A stretch of DNA of 64,000 nucleotides. Source: Coriobacteriia bacterium. GTDB taxonomy: Bacteria; Actinomycetota; Coriobacteriia; Coriobacteriales; UMGS124. Positions 46,444-54,854 of this stretch are shown piece by piece. The number at the start of each line of letters is the position of its first letter. Positions within the stretch are counted from its first letter, which is position 1. The stretch spans positions 198,949 through 262,948 of the forward strand of contig JAGZEG010000002.1 in NCBI GenBank assembly GCA_018368455.1, read 5' to 3'. The position numbers and the translations under genes were made by a program. The notes below the pieces were generated by a model that was not told where the DNA came from, searched no databases, and worked only from the letters and a program-made list of their open reading frames with translations.

Positions 46444-48552
46444 ATGTCCGCAGCTCGGGCCGCCGCCCGCCCCGCATACCCCGCCCCCGACGCCGACGCC
46501 TTCGACCCGCAGGCAGACGCCGCCAGCCTCGTGCTCGGCCGCTATCGCGTGCTCGAGGAGCGCGGCAAGGGGGGCTTCGGCACAGTGTCGGTCTGCTGGG
46601 ATCCTCGCCTCATGCGCCGCGTCGCCATCAAGGTCATCCCCCTGCACCCCGCCACCCCCTCCGCAGGGCCGTCGGGCAAAGCAAGGAAAGGCATGCCGAC
46701 AAGCCCCTCGGATCCAGGAGACGCCGAGCAGGCCCGGGCAGACGCCCTGCTGCGCGCTGCCCTCGCCGAGACGCGCACGGCAAGTGTGCTCCCCCACCCC
46801 AACATTGTCTCGATGCTCGACTTCGAGGCCGACGCCGACAACGCCTACATCATCATGGAGTGCGTCGAGGGCGCGAGCCTCGCCGAGCTGCTCGACGCGA
46901 CCGACGACGGCCTGCTCACCCCCGACGAGGCCGCCGCCGTCGCAGATGCCGTGGGCGACGCGCTGGCCTTCGCCCACGAAAACGGCGTGCTTCACCTCGA
47001 CATCAAGCCCGACAACATCCTCATCGACGCCTCAGGGCGCGTGCGTCTGGCCGACTTCGGCATGGCGACGCTCTCGACGGCCACCGGCTACAGCAACGCC
47101 GTCGGTGGCACGATCGGCTACATGCCACCCGAACAGCTCCAAGCCGGCCAGGTCGACGTGCGCACCGACGTGTTCGCCTTCGCCGCCGTCATGTACGAGG
47201 CGCTCACCGGCACGCGGCCCTTCGCGGCACCCAGCGTCAAAAAGTCGCTCGAGCTCGTCTGCGGGCAGCTTGCCGATCCGTGCGCCCTGAACGAGGACGT
47301 CACCCCCCAAGCGGCAGACGCCCTGCTCACCGCCCTCGATCCCGACCCGGAAGTACGCCCCACGAGCGTGCGCGCCTTCGCAGACGAGCTGCTCGCCGGC
47401 CTGGGAAGCCTCCGCGCTGGCAGGCAGTCGCTCGCCGCCCTCGTCGCCGACGTCACGTGCGACGAGGCGGAGCCCGCCGATGACGAGGGGGGCGTCCCCG
47501 CCGAACCCGGCGCATACGACGACGAGCTCGGCCCTCTCGGCCGTTCCCACCCCCGCCTCGCCAGCTGGCTCATGCGCGGCCTGGCGGGCTTCGCGGCAGG
47601 CTGGGTCGCGGCCCTCGTGGCGCTCGCCTGCGTCGGCGCGCCCGCTGGTACCGACGCGGGCCCCACCAGCACGACCACCAGCTCAGATCCCATCGTTGCG
47701 GCAGCCTCCGCCACCAGTCAGGCAACCGCCCCCGCCGCAGGCGCGGACGCCACCCCCGCCAGCACGAACCCCGTCCCAGCCAGCGCCTCCCCCTTGCCCG
47801 CCGGCACCACGACCGCCCTCGTCGTCGGCCTCGTCGTCTTCGTCGTCGGCACGGCTGCCCCCCAGCTCGCCGGCGCCCTCGCCGTCGCTTCCCTCGTCGT
47901 AGGCTGCCTCGCGCTGCGCCAGTGGGCGCTCGCCGTCGCCGTGCTCGCGCTTGGCATCGCGTGGTGGCTGTTCGTCGTGCGCCGCGAGCCCCTCGGCACG
48001 GGCACCCCACTCGCCGGCGCCATCGGGGCGCAGCTCGCCAGCCCACTGCCCCCCGTTCTCGCTGCCCTGTTGCTCACCCCCGCACGCGCCGCGGCTTCGG
48101 CGGCGTTCGCTCTCACCGTCGGCCTCACGATCGCCGCACTCGCCGGCACCTCGAGCCTGAGCGCCACCAGCCTCGCAAGCCTGGCGGCCACAAGCCCCGC
48201 ACAGGCCACGAGCGCGCTGATCGCCCTGCTCTCCGACCCCCTCACATGGGTGCGCGGAGCGGGCTGGGCCGCCGCGGCTGCCGCTGGCGCAGGCCTGTGC
48301 GCCCAGGGCGGCAAGACCCGCTGCTACCTGGGAATCCTGTCGTCGTCAGCCATCCTGATATTGTTTCAGCTCGTTATTTCGCGTATGGAAAATGGCGGGT
48401 TATGGGCCGCTCCCGCAGCTCAGGAGGTTGTTAGCATCATCGCCTCTTCTATACTTGCATATATTGTCGTTGCTTTGCTGGGCACGCCGCGCTCCCTGTT
48501 CACCGAGGAAGCCGTCGCGCCCGATGACGATTTAGCCAGAGAGGACCTCTAG
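46444..48552 (+). CDS. Ser/Thr protein kinase with polytopic membrane C-terminal region
   Basis: GKGGFGTVS, VAIKV, HLDIKPDNILID, DFG and GYMPPE are Hanks motifs. The C-terminal ~330 aa contain many hydrophobic helices. Confidence 0.85.
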   Translation: MSAARAAARPAYPAPDADAFDPQADAASLVLGRYRVLEERGKGGFGTVSVCWDPRLMRRVAIKVIPLHPATPSAGPSGKARKGMPTSPSDPGDAEQARADALLRAALAETRTASVLPHPNIVSMLDFEADADNAYIIMECVEGASLAELLDATDDGLLTPDEAAAVADAVGDALAFAHENGVLHLDIKPDNILIDASGRVRLADFGMATLSTATGYSNAVGGTIGYMPPEQLQAGQVDVRTDVFAFAAVMYEALTGTRPFAAPSVKKSLELVCGQLADPCALNEDVTPQAADALLTALDPDPEVRPTSVRAFADELLAGLGSLRAGRQSLAALVADVTCDEAEPADDEGGVPAEPGAYDDELGPLGRSHPRLASWLMRGLAGFAAGWVAALVALACVGAPAGTDAGPTSTTTSSDPIVAAASATSQATAPAAGADATPASTNPVPASASPLPAGTTTALVVGLVVFVVGTAAPQLAGALAVASLVVGCLALRQWALAVAVLALGIAWWLFVVRREPLGTGTPLAGAIGAQLASPLPPVLAALLLTPARAAASAAFALTVGLTIAALAGTSSLSATSLASLAATSPAQATSALIALLSDPLTWVRGAGWAAAAAAGAGLCAQGGKTRCYLGILSSSAILILFQLVISRMENGGLWAAPAAQEVVSIIASSILAYIVVALLGTPRSLFTEEAVAPDDDLAREDL

Positions 48553-48555
48553 CCC

Positions 48556-49470
48556 ATGAGTTTCTTCGACATCCTCGAGGGTCGCATGCAGCAGCTGTTC
48601 GAAGGCAACCGCATGCTTGCCCCGCTTCCCTTCAAGAAGCTGGCCAAGTCGGCCGTGCACGAGATGAAGCGCAACGCGGTCAAGATCGACGGACGCCACC
48701 TGGCTCCGACGCTCTACACCGTGCTCGTGAACCCGGGTGACGATCAGGCCATGGCCGCGCTCTACCAGGATGTCACCAACGAGCTCGTCGACTTCCTCGC
48801 CCACGAGGCGCAGGCCGACGGCCTCGAGCTCACGGGCGAACCCATCGTGCGCTTCATCGCCGAGCCGAACATCAAGCCGGGCAAGGCCGACGTCATCGCC
48901 GAGGTCGTGACGCCCGACGTCCTCGAGGAGATCCGCATCGAGGAATCGGCCTACGCTGAGCAGCACGTCAGCGCAGCCGGCGGCACCGCGCGCCCCGTGG
49001 CAGCAGCGCCCGCCGTTCCGCAGCAGGCCGCGCCCCTGCATGGCGCCCAGCCCGCGATCCCGGCCATCCCCGCAAACCCCACCCAAGCGCAGGCCCGAAC
49101 CATGCGCATGGCAGGCGCCCCCGTCGTAGGTGGCAACGCTCCTGCCGGTATGGCGCCCCTGCCTGTGCCCGCATCCGGCCCCTCGGCAGCATGCCAGCTT
49201 ACGGATACCAGCACGGGTCGCACGTGGCGCATCAGCACCGGATCCACCGTCATCGGCCGCGAGGAGGCCTCGGCCGACCTCGTGCTCGCCGACAGCAACG
49301 TTAGCCGCCGCCACGCCGAGCTCGCCCGCGCGGACGCCGGCTGGACGATCGCCGACCTCGGCTCGACGAATGGCACGCGCGTCAACGGCCAGCGCGTCAC
49401 GTCGCAGGTGCTGCACTCGGGCGACGTCATAACCCTCGGCCTCGTCGAGCTCCAGTTCAGGGAGCTGTAA
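48556..49470 (+). CDS. fhaA: FhaA-like protein (DUF3662 N-domain plus C-terminal FHA domain)
   Basis: MSFFDILEGRMQQLFEG.. N-domain. C-terminal VIGREEASADLVLADSNVSRRHAEL..DLGSTNGTRVNG is an FHA domain. Position matches the actinobacterial cluster. Confidence 0.8.
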   Translation: MSFFDILEGRMQQLFEGNRMLAPLPFKKLAKSAVHEMKRNAVKIDGRHLAPTLYTVLVNPGDDQAMAALYQDVTNELVDFLAHEAQADGLELTGEPIVRFIAEPNIKPGKADVIAEVVTPDVLEEIRIEESAYAEQHVSAAGGTARPVAAAPAVPQQAAPLHGAQPAIPAIPANPTQAQARTMRMAGAPVVGGNAPAGMAPLPVPASGPSAACQLTDTSTGRTWRISTGSTVIGREEASADLVLADSNVSRRHAELARADAGWTIADLGSTNGTRVNGQRVTSQVLHSGDVITLGLVELQFREL

Positions 49471-49473
49471 CCC

Positions 49474-49887
49474 ATGCCCGCCGTCGTGCTCTTCATCGGG
49501 CGCGTGCTGCTCGTCGTCCTGCTCTTCGTGTTCCTGTTTGCCATCATGAAGACGGGCGTCGGCCTCGTGAAGGGGCAGCGCAGCGACGCAGCCGTGTGGA
49601 GCGTCGACATCATCGACGGGCCCAATGAGGTCAAAGGCGAGCACGTGGACATCCTCGGCCCCATCGTCGTGGGCCGATCACCAGGCGCGGACATCGTGCT
49701 GCCCGGCGCCTATGTCTCGGGGCGCCATGCGCGCTTCTCTCCGCAGGGTCCAGCCCTCGTGGCCGAGGACCTCAACTCGATGAACGGCACGCTCGCCAAC
49801 GGGCACGCCATCGTGGGGCCCACCGTGCTCCATGACGGCGACCTCGTCCAGATAGGCGACGCCGTGATGAGGGTGACGCGACAATGA
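49474..49887 (+). CDS. fhaB: FhaB/FipA-like membrane-anchored FHA-domain protein
   Basis: N-terminal TM helix, then VVGRSPGADIVLPGAYVSGRHARF..DLNSMNGTLANG (FHA). Confidence 0.8.
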   Translation: MPAVVLFIGRVLLVVLLFVFLFAIMKTGVGLVKGQRSDAAVWSVDIIDGPNEVKGEHVDILGPIVVGRSPGADIVLPGAYVSGRHARFSPQGPALVAEDLNSMNGTLANGHAIVGPTVLHDGDLVQIGDAVMRVTRQ

Positions 49888-52004
49888 GCGACACATCGGA
49901 CACCCGCCACACGCCGCGGCACTTCGCCCCGCGCGATGACGAAACCCAGAGCGCCGGTCCCGTTCCCGCTCCCCAGCACGCATATCCAATCCCGGCATCC
50001 GATGACGCGGTAACACCGTCGGATGCCGCCGCATACCTGTCCGACTACGAGCGTCTGCGTCTGCTTGACGACTCCGGCCCCCTGCCGGCCGTCCACCTGG
50101 CAGCGCCTACACCGCAGGGCTCCGTGACCCCCGCGAGCCCGGCGGAACCTGCCAGCTCGGCCCCCGCTCCCGCAGCTCACGCCGCCCCGGCGACACCCGC
50201 AGACGCGAGCCCCGTCCCAACATCCCCGGCGAGCACGTCAGACAACGCCCCGGCAGCGCCATCCGACGCCGAGCCCCCTGCCGCACCTGCGCGCCCTGAT
50301 GACGCCCCGGCAGCCGAGCCCGAGCCCGAGGCCCAGCCCGCCGCGGCGGCTGCGGCCGCCGACGCCACACCCGCCGCAGGCAACACCGGCGCGGACGACG
50401 CCAACGACGAGCAAGACGCCCTGGCCGCGCTCGCAAGTGACGCGGGCGTCGGCGAGGTCGAGGCTCCGTCTGAGGAGGCGCTCACAGCCGAGATCCGGCT
50501 GGACGCCGACGCTCCCCGAGCTGGCACGCCCATCGTGCACCGCGTCACGCACCAGACGCTGACGCCCGAGCCGGCTTCCGACGACGGAGACGACACCCTT
50601 CCGCTCGACATGTCGCAGTACGCGGGCAACGCCGGGAACCCCGCCCCATCGCCCGACGAGCTTGACCACATAGAGGTGGCGGCCATGGCGACGGCGGGCA
50701 ACCCCTCGCAAACCATGCCGTTCGCCCCCGTCAAGCCGACGTCGCGCGACAGCGTGTCCGCCTCGACGCGCCTGTCGGGCGCCGCGCGATCCACGGGCGC
50801 CCTTGCGTGGGGCTCGCGCACGGACGTCGGCCGCGTTCGCGAGCACAATGAGGACTCCTACCTCGTCAACTTCCCGCTGTTCGCCGTCGCCGACGGCATG
50901 GGCGGCCATGCGGCGGGCGAGGTCGCGAGCACGATAGCTGTCTCGTCGCTGGCGGAGGCCGGCCTCACGAAGCCCGACCCCGACGCGCTGGGCGCCGCCA
51001 TCGAAGCGGCAAACATCGCCGTGCTCGACGGCGTCGACGAGGGCATCGGCCGCCCCGGCATGGGCACGACGTGCACGGCTGTCGTCATCGACGGAACGCG
51101 TATGGCCGTCGGCCACGTGGGCGACTCACGCGCCTACCTGCTGCACGAGGGCAAGCTGCTGCGCGTCACGCACGACCACTCGTTCGTGGAGGAGCTCGTC
51201 GAAGCCGGCGAGATCACGCCCGAGGAGGCGCGCGTCCACCCGAGCCGCTCCATCATCACGCGCGCGCTGGGCAGCGAGCGCTCAATGCACGCCGACTCGT
51301 TCCTTGTCGACGTCACGTTGGGCGACCGCATCCTGCTGTGCTCCGACGGCCTGTCGTCCATGATCTCCGACGACGTCATCGAAGAGGCCATGGTCACCTC
51401 GCCGGCCCCACAGGCCTGCGCCGACCGTCTCGTCGACCTCGCCCTGGGAGCCGGTGGCCTCGACAACGTCACCGTCATCGTCATCGACGTCAAAGACGAC
51501 GGCATCGAGCGTCATGCCCTGCTCAACCGCATACGCAACGTCGCGCTGTGGCTCGTCGCCGTCGTGGCCGTGCTCGTCGCCATCCTGGTGGGCATCATGG
51601 TCTACGCCGACCACACGTGGTACCTCACAGACCGGGACGGCTATGTCACGCTCTACAAGGGCATACCGGGCGACTACCCGCTCGTCACGCTGTCCGAAGA
51701 GATCGAGCAGACAAACATCCGCACCTCCCAGCTGTCCGAGACGGTCGAGGAGCGCCTGAGCCGCGGCATATCGTTCGGCTCGGAAGACGCTGCGCGCGCC
51801 GTGCTCGAGCGCTACCGCGCACAGCTCGCCGCCAACGAGAGCGACGGCGTCGTCGTGGGCCCCATCGCGAGCTCCCAGGCCGACGACACCTCCTCGTCCG
51901 AGGACAACGTCGTCAACGCCGCAGAGCTCATGCCGTCGCAGGCCGAGCCCGACCAGGCACAGGCCCCCTCGGACGGCCCGGCTAACGCCGGCCAGGACGC
52001 CTAG
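49884..52004 (+). CDS. pstP: PP2C-family Ser/Thr phosphatase (PstP-like) with ~290-aa low-complexity N-terminal extension, TM helix and extracellular tail
   Basis: ATGA overlap with fhaB. RTDVGRVREHNEDS, AVADGMGGHAAGEVAS, LLCSDGLS and GGLDNVTVIV are PP2C motifs. They are preceded by an Ala/Pro/Asp-rich region. Confidence 0.8.
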   Translation: MSDTSDTRHTPRHFAPRDDETQSAGPVPAPQHAYPIPASDDAVTPSDAAAYLSDYERLRLLDDSGPLPAVHLAAPTPQGSVTPASPAEPASSAPAPAAHAAPATPADASPVPTSPASTSDNAPAAPSDAEPPAAPARPDDAPAAEPEPEAQPAAAAAAADATPAAGNTGADDANDEQDALAALASDAGVGEVEAPSEEALTAEIRLDADAPRAGTPIVHRVTHQTLTPEPASDDGDDTLPLDMSQYAGNAGNPAPSPDELDHIEVAAMATAGNPSQTMPFAPVKPTSRDSVSASTRLSGAARSTGALAWGSRTDVGRVREHNEDSYLVNFPLFAVADGMGGHAAGEVASTIAVSSLAEAGLTKPDPDALGAAIEAANIAVLDGVDEGIGRPGMGTTCTAVVIDGTRMAVGHVGDSRAYLLHEGKLLRVTHDHSFVEELVEAGEITPEEARVHPSRSIITRALGSERSMHADSFLVDVTLGDRILLCSDGLSSMISDDVIEEAMVTSPAPQACADRLVDLALGAGGLDNVTVIVIDVKDDGIERHALLNRIRNVALWLVAVVAVLVAILVGIMVYADHTWYLTDRDGYVTLYKGIPGDYPLVTLSEEIEQTNIRTSQLSETVEERLSRGISFGSEDAARAVLERYRAQLAANESDGVVVGPIASSQADDTSSSEDNVVNAAELMPSQAEPDQAQAPSDGPANAGQDA

Positions 52005-52007
52005 CCC

Positions 52008-54794
52008 ATGGGCCGCCGTCGCAACACAGAGCTGCTCCTGCTGCTCGCCGGCGCCGTGCCGGTGTTCCTGCTGTATGCGATGTACGTCGCGCAGCAAGGC
52101 GGCGCGCTCACGGCGCAGGCTCTCATCGTGCCCATCGGCCTGTCGGTGGCGTTTGCGGCAGCCCACGTGGCGACGCGCTTCCTCGCCCCGGGCGCCGACC
52201 CCGCCATCATGCCCATCGTGTTCGTGCTGTCGGGCATCGGCATAACGTTCGTGACACGCCTGGCGCCCGAGGCCGCGACGCGGCAGGTCATCTGGCTGTT
52301 CATCGGCGTCGCGGCCATGGTCGTCACGCTGCTCGTCGTGCGCAACCTCGAAAAGCTCGCGCGCTACAAGTACACGTTTGGCATATTCGGCATCGCCTGT
52401 CTGCTGCTCCCGATGTTCGTGGGCTTCGAGTCGGGCGGCAGCAAGCTGTGGGTGAACTTTTTCGGGCTGTTTTCGTTCCAGCCCGGCGAGGTCGCCAAAG
52501 TGCTCGTCGTCATATTCCTGGCGAGCTTCCTGTCGGAGAACCGCGAGCTACTCGCCATAGCGAACCACCAGGTGCTCGGCCTGCGCATCCCCCGGCTCAC
52601 GATGCTGCTGCCGCTGCTCATCATGTGGGTCATCTCTCTGCTCATCGTCGTGTACGAGCGAGACCTGGGCAGCGCCCTGCTGTTCTTCGTCATATTCCTC
52701 GTCATGCTGTACGTGGCGACGGGGCGCCTGTTCTACCCGCTCGTGGCCGCGGTGCTGCTCGCCATCGGCGGTGTGCTCGCCTATCACTTCTTCGGGCACG
52801 TGCGCACGCGCGTGTCCATCTGGCTCGACCCGTTCGCCGACCCCAGCGGCAGCGGCCTGCAGATCGTGCAATCGCTCTACTCGTTGGCCGACGGCGGCCT
52901 GTTCGGCACGGGCATCGGCCAAGGCATGCCGACGCTCATCCCCGTCGTCGAGAGTGACTTCATCTTCTCGGCCATCGGCGAGGAGATGGGCCTGCTCGGC
53001 GCCTCCGCGGTGCTCTTCCTGTTCATGCTGTTCACCGTGCGCGGCTTCCTCACGGCCGCGCGCGCTAAGAGCGACCTGGCCGCGTTCATGGCCGTCGGCC
53101 TGACGAGCGCCATCTCGTTTCAGGCGTTCCTCATCGTCGGCGGCGTCACGAAGCTCATCCCGCTGACCGGCGTCACGCTGCCGTTCATGAGCCAGGGCGG
53201 CTCGTCGCTGCTCGCCAGCTTCGTCATCGTCGGGCTGCTGCTGCGCTGCGGTGACGAGGGCACGGGTACGCAGGTCGAGATCGACGGCAGCGGCGTGTCG
53301 GCCCGCGGCATGGGCGGCGGCCTGCACCTGAGCACGCCCGAGAGCGGCGTTCTGGGCAGGCGCGCGCTGTCGAAGCGCCTCACGGTGCTCACGGCCTTGT
53401 TCACGCTGCTGTTCGCCGCCCTCATCGCCAACCTGTTCTACGTCCAGGTCGTCAAAGCCGACGAGCTGCAGAACAACCCCGCGAACAACCACACGATCGC
53501 CCGCAAGGCATACGTCGACCGCGGCTCCATCATCACGTCGGACGGCGTGACGCTCGCCGAGAGCGTGCGCCAGGCCGACGGAACGTACGTGCGCAGCTAC
53601 CCGCAGGGCTCGCTCGCGTCGCACACGGTGGGCTACCTCTCGACGCGCTACGGCTCGACGGGCATCGAGAGCGCCTACGACACCGTGCTCACCGGCTCAT
53701 CGAACTACGACACCTGGGAGAGCGCGCTCAACAAGATCGCCGGCGCCAGCACGACGGGCGATGACGTCGTGCTCACGGTCGACGCGCGCATCCAGGCGGC
53801 GGCGGAGGCGGCGCTGCAGGGCTACGTCGGCGCGATCGTCGTGCTCGACCCGCAGACGGGTGCCGTGCTGGCCAAGGCCTCCTCGCCCACGTATGCCAAC
53901 AGCGACCTCGACAACCTGCTTGCTAACGGCGGCGAGAACAGCCCGCTGCTCGACCGCACGACACAGGCGCTCTACACGCCCGGCTCCACGTTCAAGGCAG
54001 TCACGCTCGCCGCTGCGCTCGAGAGCGGCGTGGCGACGCTCGACACCGTCTACGACGCACCGGCGTCCCTCGACATCGGCGGCGCCGCCGTCACGAACAT
54101 CAACGGCGACGACTACGGCCAGCTCGACCTGCGCACGGCGTTTGCCTACTCCGCCAACACGGTGTTTGGCCAGATCGCCACGCAGGTCGGCCCGCAGGCG
54201 CTCGTCAACATGGCGCGCGCGTTTGGCTACGGCACGTCCGTGGGCATGGGCTTCACAACGCTGCCCTCGCTCATGCCCGACCCGTCGGAGATGACGGAGT
54301 GGGAGACGGCCTGGGCGGGCGCCGGCCAGCCCGTCGGATCGCACCCGAGCCCCGCGGGCCCCCAGTCCACCGTCATGCAGAACGCCATGGTGGCAGCTGC
54401 CATCGCAAACGGCGGCGTCGTCATGGAGCCCTACGTCGTCGAGAGCATCACCGACGCGAACGGCACCGTGCTCAACGCGACGACGCCCCACGCGCTCGGC
54501 CAGGCTGTCTCGCCCGCAACGGCGCAGGCTGTCGGCGAGGCCATGCTCACGACCGTCAACGAGGGCACGGGCAGCGCGGCTTCCGTCGCCGGGGTCGACG
54601 TCGCGGGCAAGACGGGCACGGCCGAGACGGGCGAGGAAAACCCCGACGCCTGGTTCATCGGATACGCACCGTACGAGAATCCCACCGTGGCTATCGCCGT
54701 CGTTGTCGAAAATGACGCCGAGCATGCCGCGACCTCCATTGCAGGCAATGTGTTGCAGTCGGCACTGGCCGCGCTTTCGGCGCAGGGGGACTAG
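52008..54794 (+). CDS. Fused SEDS glycosyltransferase (RodA/FtsW) and class B penicillin-binding protein (PbpA-like transpeptidase)
   Basis: Single 928-aa ORF. The N-terminal ~420 aa are polytopic with QPGEVAKV, SDFIFSAIGEE and PFMSQGGSS (SEDS). The C-terminal half has STFK, SAN and KTGTAE (transpeptidase). Confidence 0.85.
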   Translation: MGRRRNTELLLLLAGAVPVFLLYAMYVAQQGGALTAQALIVPIGLSVAFAAAHVATRFLAPGADPAIMPIVFVLSGIGITFVTRLAPEAATRQVIWLFIGVAAMVVTLLVVRNLEKLARYKYTFGIFGIACLLLPMFVGFESGGSKLWVNFFGLFSFQPGEVAKVLVVIFLASFLSENRELLAIANHQVLGLRIPRLTMLLPLLIMWVISLLIVVYERDLGSALLFFVIFLVMLYVATGRLFYPLVAAVLLAIGGVLAYHFFGHVRTRVSIWLDPFADPSGSGLQIVQSLYSLADGGLFGTGIGQGMPTLIPVVESDFIFSAIGEEMGLLGASAVLFLFMLFTVRGFLTAARAKSDLAAFMAVGLTSAISFQAFLIVGGVTKLIPLTGVTLPFMSQGGSSLLASFVIVGLLLRCGDEGTGTQVEIDGSGVSARGMGGGLHLSTPESGVLGRRALSKRLTVLTALFTLLFAALIANLFYVQVVKADELQNNPANNHTIARKAYVDRGSIITSDGVTLAESVRQADGTYVRSYPQGSLASHTVGYLSTRYGSTGIESAYDTVLTGSSNYDTWESALNKIAGASTTGDDVVLTVDARIQAAAEAALQGYVGAIVVLDPQTGAVLAKASSPTYANSDLDNLLANGGENSPLLDRTTQALYTPGSTFKAVTLAAALESGVATLDTVYDAPASLDIGGAAVTNINGDDYGQLDLRTAFAYSANTVFGQIATQVGPQALVNMARAFGYGTSVGMGFTTLPSLMPDPSEMTEWETAWAGAGQPVGSHPSPAGPQSTVMQNAMVAAAIANGGVVMEPYVVESITDANGTVLNATTPHALGQAVSPATAQAVGEAMLTTVNEGTGSAASVAGVDVAGKTGTAETGEENPDAWFIGYAPYENPTVAIAVVVENDAEHAATSIAGNVLQSALAALSAQGD

Positions 54795-54854
54795 CATGGC
54801 AACATACGAAGCTCAAACGCAGCAGCGCACACAGTTCAGGAAGGGAGCCCTCCC

